Source: an uncultured Actinomycetota bacterium
GTDB lineage: Bacteria; Actinomycetota; Thermoleophilia; Gaiellales; F1-60-MAGs149
Direction: 5' to 3'
DNA length: 64,000 nt
Assembly: GCA_963767885.1 (NCBI GenBank)
Contig: CAVYFW010000006.1
Coordinates: forward strand, 156,172-220,171
Every line of letters starts with the position of its first letter. Position 1 is the first letter of the stretch. A program made the position numbers and the translations under genes. This document shows positions 17,832 through 28,366 of the stretch, one piece after another. The notes beneath the pieces are model-generated. The model was not told the DNA's origin. It was given only the letters and a program-made list of their open reading frames with translations, and made no database searches.

Positions 17832-18668
17832 GTGCGCGCGCCCGCCGCCTCCACGGTGCTGGTCACCGGCGCGACCGACGGCCTCGGCCGGGCGCTGGCG
17901 GAGCGCATCGCCGCGACCGGGGCGGAGGTGCTGGTGCACGGGCGCGACCCCGGCCGGGTCGAGCGGGCCGTCGGCGAGATCCGCGCGGCGACGGGCAACG
18001 GGCGCCTGCGGGGCCTCGTCGCGGACCTCGCGTCGCTCGCGGCCGTGCGGCGCCTGGCCGCCGAGGTCGAGGCCGCGGTCGACGAGCTGCACGTGCTCGT
18101 CTCGAACGCCGGCATCGGCGCCTCCGGGCCGGACGGCGAGCGCCGCGAGCTGAGCGCCGACGGGTACGAGCTCCGCTTCGCCGTCAACCACCTGGCCGGC
18201 TTCGCGCTGACGCTGCACCTGCTGCCGCTGCTGCGCCGCTCGGCGCCCGCCCGCGTCGTGCTGGTGGCGTCGGCGGGCCAGGAGCCGATCGACCTCGACG
18301 ACGTCATGCTGGAGCGCGGCTACGACGGCTGGCGCGCCTACCGGCAGGCGAAGCTCGCGCAGGTGATGACGGGGTTCGACCTCGCGGAGCGGCTGCGCGG
18401 CAGCGGCGTCACGGTGACGAGCCTGCACCCGTCGACGTTCATGCCGACCAAGATCGTGCTCGAGGCCGGCAGCACCCCGATCGACTCGCTGGAGCAGGGC
18501 GTGGACGCGACGTTCCGCCTCGCGCTCGGCGAGGACGTCGAGGGCGTGACCGGCCGCTACTACCTGCGCCAGGTCGAGGCGCGGGCGAACGCGCAGGCGT
18601 ACGACCCCGAGGTGCGGCGCCGGCTGTGGGAGCTGAGCGTGGCGCTGACGGGCGCGCCGGAGCCGTAG
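17832..18668 (+). CDS. SDR-family oxidoreductase
   Basis: VLVTGATDGLGRALA (TGxxxGxG), NAGI, and YRQAK (YxxxK). Confidence 0.85.
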   Translation: MRAPAASTVLVTGATDGLGRALAERIAATGAEVLVHGRDPGRVERAVGEIRAATGNGRLRGLVADLASLAAVRRLAAEVEAAVDELHVLVSNAGIGASGPDGERRELSADGYELRFAVNHLAGFALTLHLLPLLRRSAPARVVLVASAGQEPIDLDDVMLERGYDGWRAYRQAKLAQVMTGFDLAERLRGSGVTVTSLHPSTFMPTKIVLEAGSTPIDSLEQGVDATFRLALGEDVEGVTGRYYLRQVEARANAQAYDPEVRRRLWELSVALTGAPEP

Positions 18669-18673
18669 CCCGC

Positions 18674-19987
18674 CTACCCCGCCGTCCCGCAGTAGCGCAT
18701 CGCCGCGAGCGCCAGCCCCTGCGCGCAGGCGACGAGGTCGGCGATCGGCACGTGCTCGTCGACGGCGTGCGCGCGATGGACGTCGCCCGGGCCGAAGCAG
18801 ACCGCCGGGATGCCGGCCTCCACCGTCAGCGTCGCGCCGTCGTGCCAGTTGTCGAGACCGCCGAGCGGCGCCAGGCGGCCGAGGTCGTGCTCGGCGCCGG
18901 TGAGGGTGGTCACCAGCGGGTCGTCCGCCGCCACCTCCGCAGGTGGCACCTCGCCGATCAGCCACTCGATCCGCGGCGGATGGTCGCGCAGCCAGGGGTC
19001 GGCCGCCGCGGCCCGCGCGATCCAGTCCTCGAACTCGGCCCGGACCCGCTCGCCCCAGCCGTGCTCGTCGGCCTGCGCGGGCAGGAACTCGATGTGGCAG
19101 TCCAGGCGGCAGCGCCCCGGGTAGGAGACGAGCCACTCCCCGCCCTGGATCATCGTCGGCACGCAGTCGGGCGGCGAGAGGTACGGGTGGCGCGGCAGGA
19201 GCGACCACTCCTCGCGCAGCCGCCGCACGGCCTCGATCAGGTACGACGCCTTCTCGATCGCGTTCACGGCGCCGCCCTCGGCGTGGTGCCTCGGCGCGAT
19301 GCCCGCGTGCCCGGCGCGCCCCTCGACGTGGATCGCCGGCAGCAGCGAGCCACGGCAGCAGATCCAGACCGCGAGGCCGCTCGGCTCCGGCACGATGGCG
19401 CCGTCCGCCCGCAGGGTGCGCGCGCTGACCAGGCCGCCGAGACCCGTCGACTCCTCCTCGGTGACGGTGTTCACGAGCAGGTCGCCGGCGAGCGGGACGC
19501 CGAGGTCCGCCAGCACCTCCGCCGCCAGCACCATGCACGCGACGCCGCCCTTCATGTCGCAGGCGCCGCGCCCCCAGACGGCGCCGTCGCGGACCGCCGC
19601 GTCGAACGGGTCGCTCGTCCAGTCGGCGCGCGGGTCGGCGGCGACGACGTCGACGTGGCCGTTGAGCAGGAGCGTGCGCCCACCGCCGCGGCCCGCGAAG
19701 CGCGCGACGAGCTGCGGGCGGCCGGCGAAGTCGAACCCCGGCGGCGTCATCACGTGCCCGGCGACGAGCTCCAGCGGGGGCACCGACACCTCGACCGCGG
19801 CGCCGCGGGCCCGCAGGCGCTCGGCGAGGAGGTCCTGCAGCGCGGCCGTACCGGCTCGTGGCGCGTCGCCGACGGCATGCGTGACGGTGTCGAACCCGAT
19901 CAGCGCCGCCAGCAGCTCGACGAGCTCGCGCTCACGGCCGGCCACCGTCTCGACGACGCGGCGTTCGAGGTCGTTGAGGCGCTGCAT
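18674..19987 (-). CDS. M20-family metallopeptidase/deacylase (ArgE/DapE-like)
   Basis: Intact 437-aa ORF with LLLNGHVDVV, GRGACDMKGG and TEEESTGLGG. Confidence 0.85.
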   Translation of the reverse strand: MQRLNDLERRVVETVAGRERELVELLAALIGFDTVTHAVGDAPRAGTAALQDLLAERLRARGAAVEVSVPPLELVAGHVMTPPGFDFAGRPQLVARFAGRGGGRTLLLNGHVDVVAADPRADWTSDPFDAAVRDGAVWGRGACDMKGGVACMVLAAEVLADLGVPLAGDLLVNTVTEEESTGLGGLVSARTLRADGAIVPEPSGLAVWICCRGSLLPAIHVEGRAGHAGIAPRHHAEGGAVNAIEKASYLIEAVRRLREEWSLLPRHPYLSPPDCVPTMIQGGEWLVSYPGRCRLDCHIEFLPAQADEHGWGERVRAEFEDWIARAAAADPWLRDHPPRIEWLIGEVPPAEVAADDPLVTTLTGAEHDLGRLAPLGGLDNWHDGATLTVEAGIPAVCFGPGDVHRAHAVDEHVPIADLVACAQGLALAAMRYCGTAG

Positions 19988-19997
19988 CGGCGGAGTG

Positions 19998-20798
19998 CTA
20001 GCGGTCCTCGCCCGACTCCAGCGCCGCCTGCAGCCGGCGGGCCTCGTCGATCAGCAGCGGCACGACCTCGCTGCGGCGCACGCGGCCGAAGCGCTGCGAG
20101 GGGCCGGCCAGGCCGAGCATCGCGACGAGGGTGCCGTCGACGGCGCGGACGGGGGCGGCGAGCGTCACGAGCCCGTCCTCGAGCTCGTCGAGCGACTCCG
20201 CGTAGCCCTGGCGGCGTACCCGCTCGAGCTCACGCCAGAGGACGTCGAGGTCGGTGATCGTCTGGGCCGTGGCGCGCTGCAGGACGAGCCCGCGGTAGCG
20301 CGCCTCGAGCTCCGGCCGGCGCAGGTCCGCCAGCATCACCTTGCCCGCCGACGATGCGTGGAGGGCGAACAGGCGGCCGATCCAGTTGGTGGTCGAGATC
20401 AGGTTCGGCGCGTCGACCTGCACGATCACCTCGATGCCGGTCAGCCCCTGCGGGACGCTGACGGTCACGCTCTCGCCGCTGGCCTCGGCGAGCCGGGTCG
20501 CGTGCGGCCGCGAGCGGCGCGCGAGCGCGGCGTGGGGGTCGGCGCGACGGGCCAGGCGGTGCAGCTCGGCGCCCACGACCCAGCCATGGCGGCCGCGGTC
20601 GAGCAGGCCCGCGTCGCCGAGCGTCGCGACCAGCCGAGCGGCCGACGCCCGCGGCACGCCCGCGGCCCGGGCGAGCTCCAGCGCGGTGCTGCCGTCGGGG
20701 TGCGCGGCGGCCGCCTGCAGCAGCCGGACCACCCGCACGAGGACGTTGTTGCGGGGCGCGGTGGCGCCCGTGGCGGGCTGCACGTCGGCCACGCCCAC
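19998..20798 (-). CDS. IclR-family transcriptional regulator
   Basis: It has an N-terminal wHTH (LELARAAGVPRASAARLVATLGDAGLL) and a C-terminal IclR effector domain (GYAESLDELEDGLVTLAAPV). Confidence 0.85.
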   Translation of the reverse strand: MGVADVQPATGATAPRNNVLVRVVRLLQAAAAHPDGSTALELARAAGVPRASAARLVATLGDAGLLDRGRHGWVVGAELHRLARRADPHAALARRSRPHATRLAEASGESVTVSVPQGLTGIEVIVQVDAPNLISTTNWIGRLFALHASSAGKVMLADLRRPELEARYRGLVLQRATAQTITDLDVLWRELERVRRQGYAESLDELEDGLVTLAAPVRAVDGTLVAMLGLAGPSQRFGRVRRSEVVPLLIDEARRLQAALESGEDR

Positions 20799-20859
20799 AC
20801 TCTAGCCCCGTCGTTCCCGTCCTGTGAGATCTGCCTGCTCGCGTCGCGGGACTCACTCC

Positions 20860-20888
20860 TTGACAGGTTGCCGGTCGCGTGGGATAAC
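20860..20888 (+). promoter_or_regulatory. candidate sigma-70-type promoter for the peptide ABC operon
   Basis: TTGACA at 20860-20865, a 17-nt spacer, then GATAAC at 20883-20888, about 75 nt upstream of the GTG at 20962. It is followed by GC-rich hairpins (CCCGC-GACT-GCGGG; GGGGGTCCCGCGCGGGCCCCC). Confidence 0.35.
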
Positions 20889-20961
20889 CCCGCGACTGCG
20901 GGTGCGAGGAGAGGGGGTCCCGCGCGGGCCCCCGCACCGAGGGAGCAAGAGGAGGACTGAC

Positions 20962-22763
20962 GTGAGCGAGCGCGACCGCCGGATCTCGGACGCCCGCAAG
21001 GGACGGAACGAGATCGAGAACCACATCGTCGACGTCTACATCGCCGGCCGCATCAGCCGACGCGAGTTCGTCCGTCGCGCGTCCGTCGCCGGCATGAGCG
21101 TCCCGATGATCGGGTTGCTGCTCGCCGCGTGCGGCGACTCGGACGACGACACGAGCTCGTCCGCGGCGTCGGCCCCTGCGACGTCCGAGGCCGCGGCGCC
21201 GTCCTCGTCGGCCGAGGCGTCGGCGTCGGAGAGCTCGGAGACGGGTGGCGTCGCCACCACGCCGGAGGCGACGGGCGAGAGCTCGGCTGCGAGCGACCGC
21301 CGCCGCGCGGCGCGCCCGGCGGCACCGTCCGCGTCGGCATCCAGACGCCGTCGACCGAGGTCGACCCGGTGCTGAACGGCGACGTCGGCGGCATCGGCGT
21401 GCTCGGCCTGACGGGCGAGTTCCTCGCCGTCAACGAGACCGGCGAGCTCAAGCCGTGGCTGGCCGAGAGCTGGGAGCCGAACGCCGACGCGAGCGAGTGG
21501 ACGTTCACGATCCGCCAGGGCGTCACGTTCAACGACGGCACGCCGATGACGGCCAAGGACGTCGCCGCCACGTTCGACCGCCTCGCCGACCCGGCCAACA
21601 AGTCGAACGCCCTCTCCGTGTTCAAGGGCGTCCTCACGGCGGGCAACACCACGGCGCCGGACGACGCCACGGTCGTGTTCAAGCTCGACGCGCCGAACGG
21701 GTCGTTCCCCTACCTCGTCTCGAGCGACAACTACAACGCGATCATCCTGCCCGAGGCCTACACGGGCGAGTGGACGAAGACGTTCATCGGCACGGGCCCC
21801 TGGAAGATGGACAGCTACGCGGAGGGCGCGTCGGCGTCGTTCAGCCGCAACGACGGCTACTGGGGCGCCAAGGCCCTGCCGGACAAGCTGCGAGGTCACC
21901 TTCGCGCCCGAGGAGTCGGCGCTCGTGCTCGCGCTCCAGGGCGGCCAGCTCGACATCGTCCAGCAGGTCACCGTCTCGGGCGCCCAGGCCATCCTCGACG
22001 ACCCGGCGTACCAGATCATCTCGATCCAGGCCTCGACGCATCGCCAGCTGTCGATGCGGACGGACATGAAGCCGTTCGACGACGCCCGGGTGCGCCGCGC
22101 CGTCGCGCTGACGATCAACCGTCAGGAGATCATCGACGGCCTGTTCCAGGGCAAGTCCGACCTCGGCAACGACAGCCCGTTCGCCCCGGTCTACGCGCAG
22201 ACCGACACGTCGGTGCCGCAGCGCGAGCAGTCGATCGACGAGGCAAAGGCGCTGCTCGCCGAGGCGGGCGTGCAGGCGGCTTCAAGACCGAGCTCGTCGC
22301 CAACAAGAAGCAGGAGATCCCGGAGTACGCCCAGATCGTGGCCGACTCCGCCAAGCAGATCGGCGTCGACATCTCGCTCAAGGTGCTCGACGAGGGCCAG
22401 TACTACGGCGACGCGGTGTTCGGCTCCTCGCCGTGGCTCGACTCGGTGATGAGCCTCGTCGACTACGGCCACCGCGGCGTCCCCAACGTGCTCCTGGGCG
22501 CGCCGCTGCTCTCGGACGGCACCTGGAACGCGGCGCACTTCAAGAACCCGACCTACGACGGCCTCGTGGCCGACTACGTCGCGGCGGTCGACATCGACTC
22601 CCAGAAGGCGGCGGCGAACAAGATCCAGACGCTGCTGCTGGAGGAGACGCCGATCATCTTCGCCTACTTCTACAACTACCTGATCGCCGGCACGGCGGGG
22701 CTGAGCAACATCCGCGGCACCGCCATCGGCCACATCTGGCCCGACCAGGTGTCGGTCGCCTGA
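20962..22763 (+). pseudogene. ABC transporter substrate-binding lipoprotein, family 5 (peptide type); about 3 frame breaks as given
   Basis: GTG at 20962 follows GGAGGA (20951-20956). It has Tat-like SRREFVRRASVAG and lipobox LLLAACGD. The body must be read across three ORF-track pieces, with shifts near 21295, 21890 and 22270. The pieces are GTVRVGIQTPSTEVDP...WGAKALPDKL / EVTFAPEESALVLALQGGQLDIVQQV...LLAEAGV / GFKTELVANKKQEIPEY...IWPDQVSVA*. Confidence 0.8.
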
Positions 22764-22818
22764 TCCATCGGGCCCGGCGCGCGACCGCGCGCCGGGCCCA
22801 GCCGTCTCGCTCGCTCCG

Positions 22819-23776
22819 ATGACCCGCTTCATCGTCAGACGCCTCCTCCTCGGGCTCGTCACGCTCCTGATCCTGTCGGTGCTGATCTTCCTGGGGACCC
22901 GCGTGCTCCCGGGCAACCCCGGACGCGCCATCCTGGGGCCCTTCGCCGATCAGGCGTCGGTCGAGGCGCTCAACGAGGAGCTGGGCGCCAACGACCCGCT
23001 GTACCAGCAGTACTGGGACTGGATGAGCGGGCTCCTGACGGGGGACATGGGCGACTCGTACGCCTACGAGCGTCCGGTCAGCACCATCGTCTTCGACGGG
23101 CTTCAAGAACTCGATGAAGCTCGCGGCGCTCGCGTTCGTCCTCGTGGTGCCGCTTATCGATCGTCGGCGGGTGTGATCGCCGCCTTGAAGGCGGGGAAGC
23201 CCGCGGACCGCATCATCACGGCCGGCGGGCCTGTCGGTGGCGGTGATCCCCGAGTTCGTGACGAGCGTCGCGCTGCTGCTGGTGTTCGCGCTGTGGCTCG
23301 ACTGGCTGCCGGTGTCAGCCCGCTGGCCACCGGGCACGAGCGGTCTCGAGCAGATCAAGTACCTGATCCTGCCCGCGACGGCGCTGGTGCTGCTGCTGTT
23401 CGGGTACATCGCGCGCATGGCCCGGGCGGGCACGATCGACGCGCTGCGCTCCGACTACGTGCGCACCGCGGTCGTCAAGGGCCTGCCGCGCGGCACGGTC
23501 GTGCGGCGGCACGTGCTGCGCAACTCGCTGATCCCGACCATCGCCGTCATCGCGACGCAGATCGGCTACATGATCGGCGGCCTCGTCGTCGATCGAGCTG
23601 ATCTTCAACTACAACGGCCTCGGCTTCACGCTGCTGCAGGCCGCCCAGAAGAAGGACTACCCGCTGCTGCAGTCGGCGACGATGGTGGTCGGCGTCGTGT
23701 ACCTGGTCGCCACGCTGTTCGGCGACCTGCTGACGTCGCTGCTCAGCCCGCGCATCCGCTACGCGCGGAGCGATGA
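22819..23776 (+). pseudogene. ABC transporter permease (DppB/OppB-like); about 5 frame breaks as given
   Basis: The pieces are MTRFIVRRLLLGLVTLLILSVLIFLGTRVLPGNPG...; KNSMKLAALAFVLVVPL; GVIAALKAGKPADRIITAGG; LSVAVIPEFVTSVALLLVFALWLDWLPV...RSDYVRTAVVKGLPRGTVVRRHVLRNSLIPT...GGLVV; and IELIFNYNGLGFTLLQAAQKKDYPLL...LLSPRIRYA. They lie in alternating frames (shifts near 23105, 23155, 23235, 23590, 23765). The TGA at 23774-23776 overlaps the next ATG. Confidence 0.75.
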
Positions 23777-24674
23777 GCGAGCTCGCCGCCGATCCCGCCC
23801 TGCCGCCCGGCACGCTGACGCCGAACCTCGGCGAGTCGACGAGCGACGCGCGGCGCGAGACGCTCAACCAGATCCTGCGCTCGAAGACGGTCTGGATCGG
23901 CAGCATCATCCTGCTGTTCTGGGTGTTCTGCGCCATCTTCGGCTACATGATCGTGCCGTACGACCCGTTCGCGACGCACCCGCTCGACAAGCACCAGCCA
24001 CCGTCGAGCGAGCACTGGTTCGGCACCGATCTACTCGGTCGCGACGTCTTCTCGCGCGTCATCGTCGGCGCCGGGCGATCCTGGTGATCGCGCCGATCGC
24101 GACCGTCATCGCGACCGTGCTCGGCACGACGCTCGGCCTGATCATGGGCTACTTCCGCGGCTGGGCGGACGACATCCTGAGCCGTCGTGCTGGAGGCGAT
24201 CCTCGCGCTCCCGCTGGTCGTCGTCTCGCTCGTCGTGCTGGCCGCGGTCGGCGTCTCCGACTTCACGGTCATCGTCGTCATCGGTCTCGTCTTCACGGCG
24301 CCGATCGCGCGCACGGTCCGCGCGGCGGTGCTGACCGAGAGCGACCTCGACTACGTGACGGCGGCACAGCTGCGCGGCGAGCGCTCGACCTTCATCCTGT
24401 TCCGCGAGATCCTGCCCAACGTGACCGCCGCCGATCCTCGTCGAGTTCACGATCCGCATCGGCTACGCCGTCTTCACCGTCGCGACGCTCGCCGTTCCTC
24501 GGCTTCGGGCCCGCCGCCGCCGTCGCCCGACTGGGGCGCGCAGCTGCAGGAGGCCTACGGTACATCTCCGCCGGCTACTGGTGGGAGTCGCTGTTCCCCG
24601 CGATCGCCGTGGCGTCGCTCGTCGTCTCCATCAACCTGATCTCCGACGGTCTCCGACAGGTACAGGACGCATGA
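23773..24674 (+). pseudogene. ABC transporter permease (DppC/OppC-like); about 5 frame breaks as given
   Basis: The pieces are MSELAADPALPPG...TVWIGSIILLFWVFCAIFGYMIVPYDPF...HWFGTDLLGRDVFSRVIVGA; AILVIAPIATVIATVLGTTLGLIMGYFRGWADDILSR; VLEAILALPLVVVSLVVLAAVG...YVTAAQLRGERSTFILFREILPNVTA; ILVEFTIRIGYAVFTVATL; PPPSPDWGAQLQEAY; and YISAGYWWESLFPAIAVASLVVSINLISDGLRQVQDA*. They lie in alternating frames (shifts near 24065, 24185, 24430, 24495, 24560). Confidence 0.75.
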
Positions 24675-26757
24675 CCGAGCAGGCCGAGCCGATCGTCGAC
24701 CCGACGCCGCTGCCCGACGCGCCGGCGCTCGAGGTGAACGACCTCGACGTCGTCTACCGGGTGCGCGGCATCGATCGCGAGGTGCTCCGCGGCGTCTCGT
24801 TCGCGATTCCCGACGGCGGCTCGTACGGCCTCGTCGGCGAGTCGGGCTGCGGCAAGTCGACGGTGGCCATGGCGGTCATCCGCTACCTGGCCACCAACGG
24901 CCGCGTGCGCAGCGGCGGCATCAGCATCGGTGGCCGCGACGTGCTCGCGCTGCGCGAGGAGGAGCTGCGCCGGCTGCGGCTGGACACCGTCTCGATGGTC
25001 TACCAGGACCCGAGCCGGGCGCTGAACCCGTCGATCCGCGTCGGCCGGCAGGTGGCGGAGGTCTTCGAGCTGCGCGGCGCGAAGGCGGGCGCGGCCCGCG
25101 AGCGCGCCGAGGCGATGCTGCGCAAGGTCCAGATCTCCGACCCGGCCGGGGTCATGGACCGCTACCCCCACCAGCTCTCGGGCGGCATGCAGCAGCGCGT
25201 CGTGGTCGCGATGGCGCTCGCCACCGACCCGACGCTGCTGGTGCTCGACGAGCCGACGACCGCGCTCGACGCGACGGTGCAGGCCGAGGTGCTCGACCTC
25301 GTCGACGCCCTGCGGCAGGAGTTCTCGACCGCGGTGCTCTTCATCTCGCACGACCTCGGCGTGATCGCCCGCATGTGCGATCGCGTGGGCGTCCTGTACG
25401 CCGGCGCGCTGGTCGAGGAGGGGACGTCCGAGCAGGTCCTGCGCGAGCCGCGGCACCCGTACACCGTCGGGCTCATCCGCTGCATCCCGAAGCGCGGGCA
25501 GCGCAAGGACCACGGACGGCTCGACACCATCCCGGGCTTCCTGCCGCTGCCGGGCGCGGACCTGCCGGGCTGCGTGTTCGCCGACCGCTGCGCCATCGCG
25601 CGCGACCGCTGCCACACGGATCCGCCGCCGCCGTACGACGTGGGCCCGGCGCATGTGAGCCGCTGCCACTACCACGAGGAGGCGCGCGACCTGCCGCGCG
25701 AGACGCCGGCCGACGTGGCGCCGGCGCCCGCAGCCCGACGGGGACGCGACGCCGGTGCTGCGGGCCGATCGACGTGGGCAAGACGTTCCAGCAGTCCGGC
25801 CACTCGGTCTACGCCCTCTCCGGCGTCACGGTGGACGTGCTGCCGGGCGAGACGCTCGGCCTGGTCGGCGAGTCCGGCTCGGGCAAGACGACCTTCGCCA
25901 AGACGATCCTCGGCATCATCGCCCCCGACAAGGGCGGCGAGCTCGAGCTCGAGGGCAAGAACCTCGCGGCCCGCGTCGGCGACCGCCGCTCGGACGAGCG
26001 GCGCGCGATCCAGATCGTCTTCCAGAACCCGGACAGCGCCCTCAACCGCAGCCACACGGTGCGGCAGCTGGTCGGCCGCGCGCTGTCCCGCCTGACGCCC
26101 CTGCGCGGCCGCGAGCGCGAGGAGCGGCTGCAGGAGCTCGCGGCCAGCGTGCGCCTCCGCGAGCGCTACCTGACGGTGCGGCCGAGCGCCCTCTCCGGCG
26201 GCCTCAAGCAGCGCGTGGCGATCGCGCGCGCGTTCGCCGGCGACCCGGAGCTCGTGGTCTGCGACGAGCCGACGAGCGCCCTCGACGTGTCGGTGCAGGC
26301 GGCGATCCTCAACCTGCTGGCCGACCTGCAGCGCGAGAAGGGCGTCTCCTACCTCTTCATCTCGCACGACCTCGGCGTGGTGCGCTACCTGTCCGACCGC
26401 ATCGCCGTGCTCTACCTCGGCCGGCTGATGGAGCTCGGCCCCGCGGAGGTCGTGTTCGACGGGCCGCACCATCCGTACACCGAGGCGCTCCTCTCCGCGG
26501 TGCCCGAGGTCGACGGCACGCGCGCCCGCATCCGCCTCGAGGGCGACATCCCGAGCGTCGCCGACCCGCCGAGCGGGTGCGTCTTCCACACCCGCTGCCC
26601 GCGCTTCCTGGGCGACATCTGCGTGAACCAGGAGCCGCCGCTGGCGGAGGTCGAGCCGGGGCACCACATGCGCTGCCACATCCCGGTCGACGAGCTCCGC
26701 CGCCTGCAGGCGAAGGACGCGCCGACGCCGGGCGAGCCGCTGCCGACCGGCGACTGA
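24671..26757 (+). pseudogene. fused double ATPase of the peptide ABC transporter (DppD-DppF type); 2 frame breaks in the linker as given
   Basis: ATG 24671 overlaps the permease stop (ATGA). Domain 1 has GESGCGKST, LSGGMQQR and LVLDEPTTALD. Domain 2 has GESGSGKTT, LSGGLKQR and VVCDEPTSALD, plus the oligopeptide C-terminal Cys-rich tail. Shifts lie near 25738 and 25768 (DGDATPVLRAD is in a third frame). Confidence 0.85.
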
Positions 26758-26824
26758 GGCGGGGCGCTCAGGGGGCGTCCCCGGCGACGACGACGGCCGA
26801 CGCGGCGCGGTCTAGTGTTGCGCC

Positions 26825-27535
26825 ATGGCGGACAGGTTGCTCTGGCGCATCGGCGCAGTCGCCGGCGTGGCCGGCGCGCTGGCCCAGCTCACGGCGACCG
26901 CGCTCGAGCCGCAGTGGGGCGACGACGCCGCCGAGACCGTTCGCATCGCCGCCGACAGCGAGGTCTGGACCGGCGACCGGCTGCTCGATCTCGTGGGGGT
27001 GCTCCTGACGGTCGGGGCACTCACGGTCGCCGGCCGTACGTTCGCATCCGGGCCGGGCCGGGAGTGGGCGCGCGTGGGTCAGGTCTTCCTGGTGCTGATG
27101 GGCGCCCTCGGGTGCACCGCGATCGTGCTCGGCGCGACCATGAAGGACGTGGCAGACGCGTGGGCGAGTGCAGCGCCGGACGCCCGGCAGTCGTACCTCG
27201 CCACGTTCGACGCGACGAGCACGGCGACCGAGAACCTCTTCTTCGCCGCGTTCATGTCGCTCGGCCTGTACCTCGCGGCGCTTGCGATGGCGGTCGTGAA
27301 GGGTGGCGTGCATTCGCGCTGGATCGGCTGGGCCTCGGCGGCGGCTGCGGTCCTGCTCGTCGCCGGTGATCTGCTCCTGCTGGCCTCCGACCTGGCCTTC
27401 GTCGCGGTGCTGCTCGGGTTCCTCCTCTTCCTCGTGGTCCTCGTCACGCTCGCGCTGGTCCTGTGGCGGTGGGAGCCTCCGCGGACCGGTGACTCGACGA
27501 TCGCGCGAGCCGGGGGCGTGCCCCCCGCGGTCTGA
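26825..27535 (+). CDS. hypothetical integral membrane protein (possibly DUF4386-like)
   Basis: Intact 236-aa ORF with about 6 hydrophobic segments. I recognise no motifs with certainty. Confidence 0.55.
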   Translation: MADRLLWRIGAVAGVAGALAQLTATALEPQWGDDAAETVRIAADSEVWTGDRLLDLVGVLLTVGALTVAGRTFASGPGREWARVGQVFLVLMGALGCTAIVLGATMKDVADAWASAAPDARQSYLATFDATSTATENLFFAAFMSLGLYLAALAMAVVKGGVHSRWIGWASAAAAVLLVAGDLLLLASDLAFVAVLLGFLLFLVVLVTLALVLWRWEPPRTGDSTIARAGGVPPAV

Positions 27536-27540
27536 GACGC

Positions 27541-28324
27541 CTACGCCAGCGCGGCGCCGATGCGCTCGCGCGCACGCGCGGATCGCGGCGAGCAGCTCCT
27601 CCCGCCCGTCGACGTCGCCGCGCCGCGAGGGGCAGCCCGTCGCCACCGTCAGGAGCGGCGTGCCGGCCGGTGCGGGGACCGGGACGGCGAGCCCCGACAG
27701 GCCGTCCTCGAGCTCGTCGACGCTCGCGGCGTAGCCCTGCTCGCGCACCTCCGCGAGGTGGCGGCGGAAGGCCGCCCGATCCGTGATGGTGTGCGCGGTG
27801 ATCGGCGCGAGCGGCGTTGCGGCGAGGTACGCCTCGAGCGCGTCGTCGGGCAGCGCCGCCAGCGCGAGCTTGCCGGCCGCCGAGGCGTGCAGCGGGAAGC
27901 GGCGCCCGACCCAGTTCGTGATGCCGACGAGGCGCGACGCGTCGACCTGGGCCACGACCTCGACGGTGGTCGGCGTCGAGTTCGCGGTCAGCGTCGCCGA
28001 CTCGCCGATGTCCTCCGCGAGGGCGGCGAGGTGCGGGCGGGCGACGCGCACGATGTGGCCGAACGGGTCGGCGGCGCGGCCCAGGCGCACGATGGCGGGC
28101 CCGAGCACCCAGTCGTCCGACGACGGCAGCCGCTGCACGAGTCCGAGGTCGGCCAGCGTCGCGAGCAGCCGGCCGGCGGTCGGGCGCGGCAGCTCGGTCG
28201 CCCGGGCGAGCGCGGCGGCGGAGGCGCCCTCCGGCCGCTCGCCGAGGGCCTCCAGCAGCGCAGCGCCCCGCTGGAGCGACTGGTTGCGGCGCAGGCCAGG
28301 CGCGTGGCGGTCGCTCACCGACAC
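27541..28324 (-). pseudogene. IclR-family transcriptional regulator; one frame break near the 3' end as given
   Basis: GTG at 28324 (VSVSDRHAPGLRRNQSLQRGAALLEAL...). It has a wHTH (ALARATELPRPTAGRLLATLADLGLV) and an effector domain (GYAASVDELEDGLSGLAVPV). The natural tail ...LLAAIRA / ARERIGAALA* needs a 1-nt shift near 27575, and the stop is then at 27541-27543. Confidence 0.8.
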
Positions 28325-28366
28325 GCCCTGATCGTACCGTGATCGCCCTCTCCGGCGCGCGGCGGT

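Noticed and set aside
15756-20257. ORFs 15756..19538 (minus, 1260 aa) and 16931..20257 (plus, 1108 aa)
   Set aside because: They overlap five well-supported genes on the other strand or in another frame, and their composition is shadow-ORF-like.
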